Below the pieces are notes generated by a model. The model was not told where the DNA came from, ran no database searches, and saw nothing but the letters and a program-made list of their open reading frames with translations. The position numbers and the translations under genes were made by a program. Below, in pieces: positions 13,668-26,982 of a DNA stretch of 64,000 nucleotides. This DNA is from a virus: IMG/VR virus record IMGVR_UViG_3300018481_000001, positions 35,991 through 99,990 of that record; one strand, 5' to 3'. Each line of letters begins with the position of its first letter. The first letter of the stretch is position 1.

Positions 13668-14018
13668 TTACTCCGCCTTGGGTAATGTATCCTCAAAACA
13701 TGTGTGTTGTTTCCCAACGAGCTTATAGTCCGCGCTCACCCTGCCCTTCATGACGGCATAACGCAGCGGTAGATTATTTCCATCGTTGAGCTGATTATCG
13801 AGCCAGCCTACGCACGGGATGTCATTGCCCGTGGTCGACTCATGGCATGCCATAATACGCAGGCCTGTCAAAGAGGTCATCTTGCCAGGCTCGGCGATAG
13901 TGTCTGCTAAGCCGGCATGCTTGATTTCGCAATATCCATTGGGGATGTCGTGCGGATTGGTGCTCTTTTTCCACGGGCATTTTTTACATTGTTTACGTGT
14001 CGGCATAACTCCCTCCAA
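13668..14018 (-). CDS. Cys-rich DUF6283-like protein
   Basis: CKKCPWK...MACHES...CVGWL. Confidence 0.6.
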   Translation of the reverse strand: MEGVMPTRKQCKKCPWKKSTNPHDIPNGYCEIKHAGLADTIAEPGKMTSLTGLRIMACHESTTGNDIPCVGWLDNQLNDGNNLPLRYAVMKGRVSADYKLVGKQHTCFEDTLPKAE

Positions 14019-14245
14019 TTAAGAATTTATTAAATATATCCGTAGACGAAAGCGATACGCGCTCTCGCCAGGTGGCTAACATTCTATCAGCCATTTGTTG
14101 GTCTATATATTTAAGACCTATCCATGTATTTATAACTTTCACACGGTGCTGGTCTATTAATTCTAAATCTTCGTCCGTAAACTCAGAAGGAATTTCATAG
14201 TTTTTGGCTGCGCAAATACGCAGCTCTACAGAGTAGTCATCAGGG

Positions 14246-14791
14246 TTACGGTTCGCCATAAAGATCTTTAACCGTAAAATGAATGCCCAAAACATTAATG
14301 CTGTCTGAGGGCACGCACTCCCATTCGCCTTTGGAGTTTTTACTCCAGTGATCGACATTTTGTTTGTCGACACTGACCAACAAATAATCGGTTAGTGTTG
14401 GGATAGATTTGTAGTGCTCGAATTTTTCTCCACGATCGTATGCGGCTGTCGTGGGACTGAGCACTTCAACTAACAGCGCGGGATTTACGGCCGTATTTTT
14501 ACTATGTACGTGGCTAACCGGTTCGCCACAAATTACACTGACATCTGGATATGCCCCTAAACCTGAGGGTGCCCAAATCCGTAAGTCCGCCGAATAAACG
14601 CGACATTTACTGCCACGTAATTTGTTCCCCAGTAGTATGGTTGCATTGGCAGTCAGTGCAGCATGCTGGATCGTACCTCCAGTCATGGCATAAATCAGGC
14701 CATTGACCCATTCGAGCTTGCAGTTAAGCTGCTCGTGGTCCATGGCCGCATATTCTTCAAAACTAACTAAATAGGGGGCTGCTTGCGTCAT
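14246..14791 (-). CDS. Uma2 family putative endonuclease
   Basis: EWVNG.IYAMTGGT..H, YPDVSVICG, NP.LLVEVLSPTT..YDRGEKF..Y..IPTL.DYLLVS. Confidence 0.92.
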   Translation of the reverse strand: MTQAAPYLVSFEEYAAMDHEQLNCKLEWVNGLIYAMTGGTIQHAALTANATILLGNKLRGSKCRVYSADLRIWAPSGLGAYPDVSVICGEPVSHVHSKNTAVNPALLVEVLSPTTAAYDRGEKFEHYKSIPTLTDYLLVSVDKQNVDHWSKNSKGEWECVPSDSINVLGIHFTVKDLYGEP

Positions 14792-14983
14792 AAAACCTTT
14801 TACCTCATTCGTAACCTTTTATTTTCGCAGTTTTCTGACAACGAAAACAACTAGCCTTACCGCCTTTGATGTCGATAGGCCAGAGCTCCGGGCGCTGTCC
14901 GCAAAAGGTACGTATGTACGCGGCTGTTGGGTCTACGTAATGGCGCAGCCCCCGAGGGTTGGGTGCAAGTACAACAATCAGGC

Positions 14984-15820
14984 TCATTTGATAAGTTTCA
15001 CCGCTTCTTCCAAACTCACCGTAAATCCAGCTGCATTCTTGTGCCCACCACCGCCATATTTCTTCGCAATGGCCGACACGTCAAAGTCTCCGACGCTACG
15101 GAGACTAAACTCTACCTTGGTATCGGGCCGCTGAAACCAGCCCAACGCGAAGGTGTGTTTCTTCGCCAAGATATTTAAGATTTCCGAAATCCCTGGCTTG
15201 GCTGCGTTGACTACAGGGATGTTTTCGTAGCCATCAAAATAAATCACACGGTGTTGTTCAGCGACATCTTGTGCATACGTCTCGAGATACTTGAGTGCAC
15301 CCATGCCCAAGATATTTGCCTGGTCTACGTCGACAGACTCCGACGCCGCTTCGTAAGCTTCAAAGGTCATGGGCACGCTTTGAATATACGCATTCACGTT
15401 TTTACTATTGGGGAGTTTAAATCTCCAGAGGTCTCGGTCTTCGACATAGTTTACCCACCAATTGGTAGGCTCTTTAAAATGCCGTGCCGTGAGCCCTGCG
15501 CCCGACGCTTCCATGTCAAAAGCGATGAGCACGTTGGTACGGTTCTGCAAAGTGATGCGCACCTGCGCCATCGCCTCCTCTGCCGTCTTGTGATGGTCTA
15601 GCACCACCAAGCCTGCGGCTTTGTCGGCAATCTCGATGGTCTGCTCCACCGGATAGCTGAAATCCAAAATATAAACATCTTTGCCTGCAACGTCCGGGAG
15701 GTTCGAGCCGTACTTGGCGGCATGAAACTCCGTGTCCGGGGGCAAGTGTTTTTTGGCAATGAAGGCTGAGGTCAAACCGTCAATGCATTTATCGTGGTAA
15801 ATTACGAGAGCTTTTGCCAT
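14984..15820 (-). CDS. DHH/DHHA1 family phosphoesterase (NrnB-like)
   Basis: IYH..C.DG, LDFS, LDHHKT, EDRDLW, FSLRS, GGGGHKNAAGF. Confidence 0.92.
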   Translation of the reverse strand: MAKALVIYHDKCIDGLTSAFIAKKHLPPDTEFHAAKYGSNLPDVAGKDVYILDFSYPVEQTIEIADKAAGLVVLDHHKTAEEAMAQVRITLQNRTNVLIAFDMEASGAGLTARHFKEPTNWWVNYVEDRDLWRFKLPNSKNVNAYIQSVPMTFEAYEAASESVDVDQANILGMGALKYLETYAQDVAEQHRVIYFDGYENIPVVNAAKPGISEILNILAKKHTFALGWFQRPDTKVEFSLRSVGDFDVSAIAKKYGGGGHKNAAGFTVSLEEAVKLIK

Positions 15821-16590
15821 GCAGCATATTTGCTTCAGTGATTTTCTCTGTCAACTGTTTAGCAATTACATCCCAATGTTTTCGGTCAGCTTCCACGACA
15901 GCTCGCGCAGTCGCTGTAGCAGGCGTACCAACCTCCCACGCTGCAATGCCTAGCGCTCGCAACATCGCTTTGGCTTGTTCATCGGTAAGCTCAAGTTTCA
16001 TTTTTTCGTAGCTTCACGTAGAACACCACTGAACCGATCACTCAACTTTTTCCATGCTTCTTTTTCTTTTTGATAAAGCACAGGCACTTCTGCAAATCCA
16101 TGCAGCGCACGGTGTGCATTTTTTTCGGCTACAAAAATATCATTAGAAGAAACAGCTAGGCTCTGCAGCACCGCCTGCATTTCACCATCCGTAAACACCA
16201 TTGTATAAACAGCCATTTTATGTATCCTATACTTTCTGCGCTTCTTTTACACAGCGAAAATACATCTCGCTGACTTGCGCGTCGGACATGGTGTTGAGCA
16301 GGTCCAGTGACATTTCACGTGCACGCTCCGAACTCATTTCTCCATATTTAATACAGAGATACATTTCATCTCGCATTTGCTTAAAGCTTTTCGGGCGTGT
16401 ACGTATTTCACTCATGGCTACTCCGGCGCATCAACAACATGCTCCGTAACAATTAGCTCTATTTCTTCCTTTTCCTCCATTTTATTTAACATGTATATGT
16501 CTGCTTTATCCGCAGAACTAAAGACACCTCGGAAATCATGGCACGTATACGTGCAGCCATCCGAGATAATTTCTTCAACTACCCAAACTT

Positions 16591-17076
16591 TCATAGGGGT
16601 TTCACCACCGGCTGCCATTGCACCAAGGGCCGCTTCTTTGTGAACTCAGACAATTTCACAAATCCCTCTACGCCCATTACCCACAATAGCTGCTCTTCAT
16701 CTTCGGTGTAGCGCGTTAGCTCGCACAGCTGTGGTTCCTCTTCCTCTTGCCGATACCAGTAATTTCCAAACACCGTAGGTACTTCTGTTGTCCAAAGGCT
16801 TTTTGGTTTATCGCCGAGCAATTCCCCAATTAAACTTTGCACCGTCGCGAAATCATCCGGGTTCGTACTCTCACGTAGCTTCAACGTAATACGGGCCCGC
16901 AGGTGTTGCAGGCCCGAGATTAAAAGCAACTTTTCACCGTCGGTATACGCACGCCCTGTTTTATTTACCGGCTGAAAAGGTGTTCGCGGCGGGTCTGCTT
17001 CAACGTACCCGCGACCCCAGCACATCGAGCACGTGTCAAAACGATTACGGCACTCTGGGCATACAATCTTTGGCAT
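16591..17076 (-). CDS. Hypothetical protein with N-terminal DnaJ-type Zn motif
   Basis: CPEC....CSMCWGRG; C-terminal WTTEVPT..GNYWYR. Confidence 0.5.
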   Translation of the reverse strand: MPKIVCPECRNRFDTCSMCWGRGYVEADPPRTPFQPVNKTGRAYTDGEKLLLISGLQHLRARITLKLRESTNPDDFATVQSLIGELLGDKPKSLWTTEVPTVFGNYWYRQEEEEPQLCELTRYTEDEEQLLWVMGVEGFVKLSEFTKKRPLVQWQPVVKPL

Positions 17077-17685
17077 TATAACTCCTTAAGTAAATCATCG
17101 ACCCACCCGCTATGTTCTTGCCGAGGCCAAAATGACACCCGCTTATATAGACGTTCGTTGGGGTCGTGCGGGCCGCTGTGACTAATCATGCCGGTGCTAT
17201 AATCCCAAACCGCACCGCACTGCGCGCAAACACGTAGCGTGGGTAATTGGTTACTTACCCAAACAATGTTTATCGCTGATTTAATTTTCACGGCGCCGGC
17301 TCTCCGCAGCTCGAACACAAGTATTTTTGTTTGTCTACATCCTCACCTTGCCACGTACGCAAGGCATTGCACTTGGGACACACGTGCTGCGCTTGGTCAT
17401 ACTTTTGAGCCGCTGCCAAGCGGTCCAAAAACATTGAAATGTTTTCTTTGTCATTTACGTTAAACGGTTCGTAGCCGCGCATGGCACGTAGAACATCGAG
17501 TACTGTTTCAGGCTTGTTAGTCATATGCCTTCGGGCTCCTTGGCACCTCCGTCCAGCCATGCTCGATGCCTCGCGCCGCCAGAGACTCTCGCAGACGCAC
17601 CATCTCAGCTTCTTCTTCTTTAGTACGCATCGCATATCCGCTTAAAAAAGCGTACCTGCGTAATTCAGTATCAAATAAATCGGGA

Positions 17686-18312
17686 TCATACAGCGTCGTC
17701 ATCGTCATCCCCGTTAATCAATACATCGACAATTTCAATGCTGTCCGGCTCAATGTCTGTGTAATCCTTGTTCTCGGCGAACAGCTGCGCTTCGTCTTCG
17801 TTCTCCGCTTCAATTTCCACGTTGTACGTATGCTGCTCATAAACAATGAGTTTGTATTTTTGCTTAGGCGGCGTCGTCATGAGGTTTTTAGTTTTCCGCA
17901 AAAACACTTGTTCTTCTAATACGATTACCCAGTCCCTGGGCACACTATGCTCTTTTTTATCGCGATTGCGGTACCGCAGAATTGGATTGTCATGAGGATA
18001 GTGCGGCAACACTTCACCCAATAAATCTAGCTTATATTCTTCTTTGGGATCTTTCCAGGCGAGGTACTCTTCAATTTCGCAGAAGTCATCGCCACTCAGC
18101 GTAGGTGCGTGCACACTGCTCAGGCCCCAATGCAAATACGGCAATGGGATATCTTCGAGCTTCTCTCCAAGATATCTTCCAAACTTCATACGAAATTCTT
18201 GTTTGGGTTTTACCCAATCCCATTTACGATTGCACTTGCGGCAGAACCAATAAGACCCTCGACGCTGATGCGTGCGCTCACCGCAGTCGTAACAGTTGTT
18301 ATTATTTTCCAT
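17686..18312 (-). CDS. Zn-ribbon plus DUF3820-like domain protein
   Basis: CYDC..CRKC followed by MKFGRYLGEKLEDIPLPYLHW. Confidence 0.55.
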   Translation of the reverse strand: MENNNNCYDCGERTHQRRGSYWFCRKCNRKWDWVKPKQEFRMKFGRYLGEKLEDIPLPYLHWGLSSVHAPTLSGDDFCEIEEYLAWKDPKEEYKLDLLGEVLPHYPHDNPILRYRNRDKKEHSVPRDWVIVLEEQVFLRKTKNLMTTPPKQKYKLIVYEQHTYNVEIEAENEDEAQLFAENKDYTDIEPDSIEIVDVLINGDDDDDAV

Positions 18313-18967
18313 TTAGACGCGCCAGTCTTCGCCATGCACAATGGCAATAGCGTCTTCTTCCAGCGTAATCACCAAACATTTATCTTTTTTGGCTGTCTTT
18401 TTCAAGTCAGCCATGTACTGTATTTTGCGATGTGAATCTGGCATATGCTCAGACAATTGTCTTACTACCGACTCAATTGCTTTGGGTTTCGAGTCAGCAA
18501 TAACTAGAACAACGCCCGCGTCTTCTAAAAGACTATTCCATACGAATAATTTCTTCATAAATACTACTTTCCATCTTTTGCAAATCCATTGATTCGATCA
18601 ATACTCATCAACATAACCGCATGGATTTCCTGTAGCCGTTGAATCTTCCAGAGCATGTCGTTGGGTACATCGTACGGCTGCTTTTGGGCGATGGTCGCAA
18701 TGCGGTGCAATAACTCACGCAGCTCATCATCGAATGTAATTGCCATGATTACTTTATTTTTCATTACGAATAATATCTAGCCGCTCATTGAACGCATCCC
18801 GTTCATCGCTTTCACGCAACAAATCAGCGGCTGGTTCACGGGGCTTGGGCTTCACTCTTTTTAGAGCATTTTCTCTAAAGAGCACAATGGCCTCAATTAC
18901 GTGGTCCATCTCTTCATCGGTGGGACTTGCACCCAAGTAAGCACAGATATTGTGGGCTAACTCAAAA

Positions 18968-19234
18968 TCAGCGTTGGTTGGCATTTAATAATCTCACTTT
19001 ATAATTCAAACGCACTCCGTCGATTTTATCTTGCAAGGACAATTGCACGAGCTCTCGCACGTCAAGATCTAGCGCCATGGCAAGCTTCATCGCCGGTTCT
19101 ATTCCTATTAACTTTTTTCCTGTTTCGATATCCGACAAGTAGGATGCGGAATAACCTGCCCGTTTGGCAGCTTCACGCAGCGATAATTTTTTAATTGTCC
19201 GGTGCGTTTGCACCATTTTACCGACGAGACTCAT
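18968..19234 (-). CDS. XRE/Cro-family HTH transcriptional regulator
   Basis: LSLREAAKRAGYSASYLSDIETGK. Confidence 0.88.
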   Translation of the reverse strand: MSLVGKMVQTHRTIKKLSLREAAKRAGYSASYLSDIETGKKLIGIEPAMKLAMALDLDVRELVQLSLQDKIDGVRLNYKVRLLNANQR

Positions 19235-22200
19235 TCACTAGCTCCTGCCGGCGGTCTACGTACATACGCATGAGATTTACGGCTCTGCGTGCCACAATCC
19301 GCAAAAATATATCCATGATCGTGCATGCTACAAAGCAACTAACGTACGCAATGATGGTGGGCCATATGCTTTTACCACCAAACGCATCGTAACTTCCGAT
19401 GCCGATAGTTACCCAAAATAAAAAATAGGAGCCCCGGTCAACGGCCAGGGCCCAGCTCTGAAGCGTGCCTATCAGCTCGCCTAGCCAGCGGGCACGACGT
19501 TCGAGCTCGAGGACGTCTAGGTCTTCCAGGGCCATGGCGTTTTCAATCGAATAAAGGTAAACTCAATCGAAAGTTTTTTCGTCGGTGACATTATTACATG
19601 AATATCGTTATAAACCGGCGAAGATTTGCCTGCACAATATTCTTCACGGTCTACACGTAAAAGCTTCCAAGGATAACTACTCAGGGGTTGAAAAATATGC
19701 AATGAGAAATAACGTTTCATGCTTAACCTTCTCCGAGTTCGGCCTGTGCTCTTTTTACTTCGGTTAGTAATTTTTCAGCACTCTCGCCATCATCAATATC
19801 AACCAACCGAATCGTTGCCAGGGCTATATGAAATAAAGCATCTGGCAACGAATTGTTGGTGACCGCAGTAATGGCTTGCGCCAAGTGTTTAATAACTCGG
19901 ACTTTGCCTTGTTCTTTTTTGTGGTACGCGCTCATTCATCATCAAGCGGCGGCAATGCATCCGTTGGTTCTTGTCGATAAATGTCTTCCAACTTGTCTGT
20001 CTGCGCTCGGATAGTACGCAGATGTTCTTTAATGAGTCTTTCATTGACCCCACGGTTATAACGAACAGTCTGTCGCTCTTCAATTAAATCAGCCAAAAGC
20101 CGTAGGATTTCACGAATATCCTCGTGACTGAGTTGCGACACATCAACGAGTTTTAGTAATTGACTTCGGCCTGTCGTAAGCGCAGCACTAATACCAAGAT
20201 TCAATGAATAAGGTTTTTTATCAGGCATATTAATTACTCTGTAGTTTGTTAGCTTCGAAATCAGCCACCGCTGCTTTGAGCGATGGATATTCAGGGGACA
20301 GTTTTTTGGCGCAAGGCAAACAGAACATCAAGATTTTGCCTTGAGAATTGGTCAAGCCTAAGTCCGGGAACTTGCCGCACTGGGAACACTTGGCTTGTTT
20401 TTCTTTAATCGTGTGGACCACTCGGCGTTTTTTCATCGCTATGTTCTAGCTCCCACAGCTGCCCCGACGCACGGCTAAACAAATTGCGCTCGGCCTCAGA
20501 ACGCATGCTCAAGCTGCGTACTACCACACCCAAACGCACTACATGCGCTTCATACTCCTCAGGAACCCAGTTCGCATGCCCCATGGGAAATCTATTAATG
20601 GGGATAATTAAATTTACGAACTCACGATGCATCGCCCGTGCTTGGCGATAGCCCGAGGCCTGTGAACATTTAATCCAATCAGGTTTCTTTACCTGCCTTG
20701 CTAACGATTTAATTTTACGTATTATTTTGGCTTTTAATTTCGTGGGCATACATTAACCCCACGGGATTTCTTGGTCGGGGTCATTTTCACTCACAAGGGT
20801 TTGCAACGTTGCCTCTACTGTCATCCACATCCATGTTTCACATTCATCTTTGGTTGCGAGACCCGTTTTGCCCACGTGACTGTTAATGGCTCGACGGTCT
20901 ATCTCATCAAATTCAAATACTACTTTAGCTTTTAGTTTCCTGGGCATGCTCCACTCCTAACGTGGGATATACAAATATCAAACGCTCAGCGGGCGTTGCT
21001 TCACGCACCGCTGCACGAACGCGCTTGGCACGCATCCACCAAATAGGCATGTGGTACCAACGCAATAACGGCATTACCAATACGCTGCCCAGAGGAACGT
21101 CTTTGTCTTTTTCACTGTCAAATTTTATTTTGATCGCGTGAAAAATCGGAACATCAAGCCCTAGTGCGCGCCCCGCCGCATTCACGATGCTTTTTTTAAT
21201 TTGCTCATCGAGCTCAAAAGCACCGCTGCGCTTTCGATAGCTCTCTGCGCAGTACAAACAAAATATTGGATTATCGGCCGTGAAGCCAATGGTAGCGGGT
21301 TGTCCGCATTCGCCACAGGTGCGGGTAATAATCGGCATATTTTCCTTTAGGGCATATCGTGTCGGCAGACTGCACAACGTGGATCTAACGTATCGAGCGG
21401 TCGCCCACAACCACAGCGCCGGTCGGTTTTAGCGTCAAGGGCCAACTCGCGCTTCTGCCAAGCTGCAATGTTTTCGGTCAGTGTGGGCTTTGTCGGTTGG
21501 CCTAATCTGTCTTGAATTTTATCTTTAAGCGCTTTTATTTTTACGGACTCATGTTCAGCGCTCCCACGTTCGCCGTGGTATTCTTCAACGTCTATACGTT
21601 GAATATCTTTCCGTGACTCGACCCAAAGCCATGTCATGGCGATATTCAAATACGTGAGCTCTTCATCGGTAAAATCGAATTGGTGGCCCATTGTTTTCAC
21701 CCGTTGGTTTGCATCAAGTCATACCGCAGCTCATCCAAAGCATCGATAAAAGACCGATGCATTTCGGGCTGTGCTTGCCGCCAGACACTCATCATAAATT
21801 CGTCGGTTGGGATAATGCGCACTTTATTAAAAATGCGCGTTACCATCTCATCGGCAAACGCTAGACCCAAAGCTTCAATACCAATGCCCAAAGGGTCCTC
21901 CTTGGGCATAGAATCCAAATGCGCTTTTACGACGCGACTAAGGTCTTTACGCAATAAACGAATGCGCTCTTTCTTTTCAGCTTCATCCATTTAATCAAAC
22001 CTCACCGTACAATTTTTAACCCACCCACAGCACACTGCGCCCGTGATTTTTTTACCTTCGCGTGTGTATGCCGTGAATTTCGAATTAAATGTATCGTCTT
22101 CACTGCAAGCGAAAAACGGGTATAGGCCCAGCTTAGGATGTCGAAGGCCTACTGCTTCGAGCGCACGCAGGGCTTGGTCTTCAGGAGCTGCACAGCCTGC

Positions 22201-25200
22201 CAAAAACAAGCATACCAAGCCCGCCTTAGATAGAGAAAGGCCGTGTGTCATGCACCCCCTCCTTGAGCTTGCCCTTGGGTGTCTTGCACGGTTCTTTCGA
22301 AGGGGCGTTGCACGTAGGACAAGGACCGAAACAATTATAGGCACCCTGTGCCTGTTTTACTTTAATGTCTTTTACAGACATTATTTGGCTTTCTTACCCA
22401 CCATAAACCAAATCCTGTATCCTTGTTTTTTAATATCGGCACGGGTCTTCACAAGGTCTTCTCGTTTGCAAGTAATTACAATGCGCGCTTCTGTACCGGG
22501 CTCAATCTGCTGCGAAGCTGTGATTTCAAACTCCTCACACTCTGGAGGAAAATCATCAGCGGTCGGTTCACGGCTTGTCATTTTTTAATTCCTATTCGAA
22601 AATACAGCGTCCGTGCGCTGCACAGCCTTATCGCGGATTTTTCGAATGTTTTCACGCACCTTTTTATACGAGATACCCCGCCAGGTGCGCTTTTCAGGGT
22701 TGTACGTCTTGTGCTTCGCCATTGCAATTTACTCCTTCGTAGTACTCTAGAAGAAAATCATCAGCGGTCGGTTCTCTTGAGGGCATTTTTTAATTCCAAT
22801 CGCTTACGTGCACGTTCAGCATTGATATGCTCACGTGACTGTTGAAACTCAACAGCTGGCGTACTTTCGCTGTATTTAGATTTAACCCACCAATTTCCTC
22901 TTGGTGTTGCTTCGCGTAATAAAATTATTGTGTACGGGGGATCAAAGACTTCCATCCCCGGTTTTAGGTCTGTTCGTCTTTTGGTCATCCGTAGCTTTCA
23001 ACACTTCTTCCGTATCTTTCTTAATTGCCTCCAAAGCTTTAATACCTACTTTTAAAGCTTCGATGGCGCGATGAGCATCACCCTGCATAAACAGCGCCCG
23101 CTCCCGATCATTAAATTGCCGGCTTGGAATGGCATCTGCTTCGAGCGTATCAATTTCTTGAGACGCATTTTTAAGGTGCCCTCGAACAGCTTCAATACCT
23201 GCGCTTAGTAATGCTTTTTTCATATGTTTAACTATTCTTTCCATCGTAATGCCACCATGATGGTGTCTGTCATTTCATCATGAAATTTATGTTCACGTGC
23301 GCGCACGGTCTCCAACACATTTTCTAATTCTTTAATGCGTGTATTGAGTTTATGCTGCACTAAATAATTGTCTTCAATGGTTCGTCGGGCAGCGTCCCGT
23401 TCGCGCAATGCCAAATCAAGTTGTTTGCGCAACGCTGCGTTGAGCTCTTCTTCCATGGCTAATACCCCGCTGCCTCAAGAGCCTTGCGCAACAATGTCCA
23501 CACAGGCTCTGTCATCCGTGCATGGCCTTTTACCTCACCTGGGCGAGATGATTTGTTACCTTCGGTGATGAACTCAGCGAAATAATCACCTATCTCAGGA
23601 TTCTCATTTTTTGTAGTATTCACAATGACAGCTTTGGCTAGCTGTTTGGCTTGGTGCTCTTGGCCCCAGGGCCATAGCTCTATTTTAATTACCAGCATGG
23701 TCTTGCTCCAGACGCCGCAACAGCATCAATGTGCGTGCGTGAATTTCTTCTTTTACTTGTGACGTAATGGGCGCATATAAATAATCACCCAACATATCAA
23801 CCATAAATCTAGCGAAGCGTTCTTCATTTGCAGGCCATTTGTAGATTCGATTGCTGTGGTCGTCACCAATCAAAACTACGAACTGGTCGTCAGAGATGCG
23901 CTGCACATTAATTGAATATTTTTTATCTTGCATCACGCACCCCGCCGTTTGGCCAAATCAATCAGCGTACGCAGCATGATGCTTTTGCCTGCTAATCGTT
24001 TGGTCCAGCGTAGGCAACGCAGACAATTAATATTGCCGTGATAGACCGCGCCACAGTCTTCACACGCCATTACGGCGCAGCGCTTCAAGTTCATTGTCGA
24101 GCCTTTCTGCGGTACGACGTTGATACTCAAGCACAGTCATGAACGCCACGAGGATCACCGCAGCACTTAGGCTTATCCAGGCGCGATAGCCGGTGTTAAC
24201 TAGAAAGGCCAACAGGTTCCACCAAAAGACAACCGGCCCGAGAGTCTTGACAACTCTAGAGCCGTGGTGGGCCGCCAGGGCGCCTAGGACGGCTAGGAAG
24301 GTCATCCCTTGTTCCGTAGCCGCCTGGACAACGCCTCAAAGTAATCTGCCGTCTTGGCAATCGCGATTGCCTGGGCTTCTTCCAAAGTGGCTTCACGCTG
24401 CACACCCGCAAACACAGGCGTGTGCCCACCATTGCTGAGGGCATACCGAAAGCCACTCATGGGCGCTCGATATACTTCAATGTGTAAATTGAGGTCTGGA
24501 AGAGCTGCGTTCCAAAATTCAGGTTGATTTTCTTCTACTGGAAAATAATCCCATTTTAATTTAGACATTAGAGTTCATCCAACTTGGCAGCTTTGGCCAT
24601 CAACATTTTATATGCGGGCGCTGCACACTCAAACAACTCGTACAGCTCATTATACTCATGCAAATACAGCGGCTCTCCACGCGTGCCGTCGTTATAAAGC
24701 ACTTGCACATACGAAACTTTGAATTTTTCCCCACGTGCATCAAACAACACGAGCGCATCGGGACGCCGTTCCATTATGGGCCCCTTAATTCTTTTTCTAC
24801 GTCAGCTCCAAACGCCTCCATAGAAAACATCCAAAGCTTGCTCAGTGCATGCCGCATTTCTGAACGCGCCGGATGGTCATTGGGCAATGCATGAATCAAT
24901 GCATCGAGCTCTTTATATTTGAGCTTGGCTGCACGGGCTGAGAGAATTCTATCAACGAGATTCATAGTGCCTCTGCCACCATCAGCGCCGTCCCATACAG
25001 CGTGCATTCATATTCGATTTTGCCGTCTTTATGCACAGCAAACGAATCACCATTTTTATGGATACTTGCGCCGTTGAGTAGTTTGACGACCCGGCCGTCG
25101 GGTTGTCCTACGAGGGCCTTCGTGACAGATTTACTTTTGGTCATTTTAATTTCTCCAAGGCAACATCGAGAGACTTAGCCGCTTTGTCGTCCCAATTGCC

Positions 25201-25381
25201 CGCAGGCAAATTGATGCCTAACTGATTAAATTTAATCTCTTTTAGATTTCCTGGAAGCTGGTTTGCGTACGGATATTTATTTCCGTATTGCTCTTCGTAA
25301 GCGACCAAAAAGCGCTCATGTGCATCGACCATGGAAGTCGCCAGAACAAGTCCTTGGACGTGTCCGAAGCCATCGTATATT

Positions 25382-25693
25382 TCAAATAGTTTCATTACGG
25401 AACGCCTTGCGCAAATACGTCAAAATCTCATCTTGATTTTTAGAAATAATCTCAATCTTTTGATTTTGCCCTTCAAGCTTTTCAATTATCAATTTTGTAT
25501 TACCCTCAATCTTTTCACTCAATTGATCTAGCCGCACTTCGACCTTGGATGTTCGTTCACCAATATCCTTAACCTGCAAGAACAGTGCACCAATAACGCC
25601 TACGACCAGCACAACTACCCAGCCGTAAGTGCCAAAGAGATCTCGAAAAAAACTCCTTACGGGTGTTTCAACAAAATGCTCAGCCATCATCAC
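25382..25693 (-). CDS. Single-TM plus coiled-coil protein
   Basis: Hydrophobic helix followed by a heptad pattern; same architecture as 25907-26188. Confidence 0.55.
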   Translation of the reverse strand: MMMAEHFVETPVRSFFRDLFGTYGWVVVLVVGVIGALFLQVKDIGERTSKVEVRLDQLSEKIEGNTKLIIEKLEGQNQKIEIISKNQDEILTYLRKAFRNETI

Positions 25694-25906
25694 TCCTTAC
25701 AAACCACTCGGCTTTGCCGATATATTTATAAGTCTCATGCGAAGCCCTGTAATAAGCCCGATCAGGCACTTGCCCGCGCTCGTCGACTTGCAGCCAGTAG
25801 CACACAACGCCCCAGCTTTTAACTTCATCGACAATGCAAAATATTGCACCCCAGTCATGTTTGGTGGGGTCGAGTTGAATTACGTCACCTACTTTAATAT
25901 CATCCA

Positions 25907-26188
25907 TCAGGGTTCTTTCTTTAAATCTTTCAAAGCATCATCGATTTGATCAAAACGATGAATCATCGTGGTTTCTAGTCTTTCCACGCGTACTTCTAAA
26001 TGCTGCACTTGCTCGTACACATGGTCGATTCGATTTTCCATGCGTTCTACTCGACTTGCGATTTGGCTGTGCAGCCAGAAAATCATCACCAAAAACCCAG
26101 CTGCAAGAGCTGCCAAGGCGCCATACGTAACACTTCGGCGCGCTAGCTCGTTGGGGCCTAATGGTTTTGTAGACTCTATTTCTGACAT
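25907..26188 (-). CDS. Single-TM plus coiled-coil protein
   Basis: TM helix followed by RVERMENRIDH...LEVRVERLE. Confidence 0.55.
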   Translation of the reverse strand: MSEIESTKPLGPNELARRSVTYGALAALAAGFLVMIFWLHSQIASRVERMENRIDHVYEQVQHLEVRVERLETTMIHRFDQIDDALKDLKKEP

Positions 26189-26697
26189 TATTTATTATTC
26201 TCCTTGTGTTGTTTTTTAACCCAGGCAATAGCCTCATGTTTGCTGGCCCATTTACTACCACCCTCGGGAATGTCAGCCTGCCACGTGTGTTGGAGATTGA
26301 CTTTGCCGATATACACAACCGTACCGGCGAGCTCATCCTCTACGTAGATTTCTTCGGGGTGTAAATCCTCTAGATTTTGGCCGTCGTAGTAAGGCGGTGT
26401 AAATGCACGGGTCATATCTCTGTTATTAGACATTATTTATTCCTTTGCCTTCCACGGCCCCGGCCAAGCAACAGCCCACCACTCAGCGCCTTCTTCCTGT
26501 AAGCGCTCCACAAGCCAGCTGGTGCAACCACGGCCCTGGGAGTCATAGACATCGACATAGCGGCCCTTGGGGAACTTGGGGCTAACCCAGCACATGTCTT
26601 GGCCCAGGCGCGTTCTTACCCAATACCAGCCAGACTCGCCAGGCTCTTTAGTCCACATACCAACGCACCATTTCTAGCTCGTAGCAGTAAAAACAAA

Positions 26698-26982
26698 TTA
26701 CCCAGGTTTTAAAGGCAAATTGCCGAGGCATGCTTGGCATAGCACCGAGCCTTCTTTTACTGTGGGTTTTTCACACTCACAGGCATCATCAAAAAGCATG
26801 GCGCGTGTGATACGTTCCCACGCCAGTGCAAAATCAATATTTTTAATATTGCCACAGCCCAAGCATTCAATTGTATATTGGTCATTATCACGTGACCAGC
26901 GCCGTTGGGTAAACTCCCCACAAGCTTTACACTTGATCGGTAACTTTGTTTCGTGCTCAATCGGTAATATTTTTGATGGCAT
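26698..26982 (-). CDS. Zn-ribbon protein (paralog 1)
   Basis: CKACGEFTQRRWSRDNDQYTIECLGCG. Confidence 0.65.
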   Translation of the reverse strand: MPSKILPIEHETKLPIKCKACGEFTQRRWSRDNDQYTIECLGCGNIKNIDFALAWERITRAMLFDDACECEKPTVKEGSVLCQACLGNLPLKPG

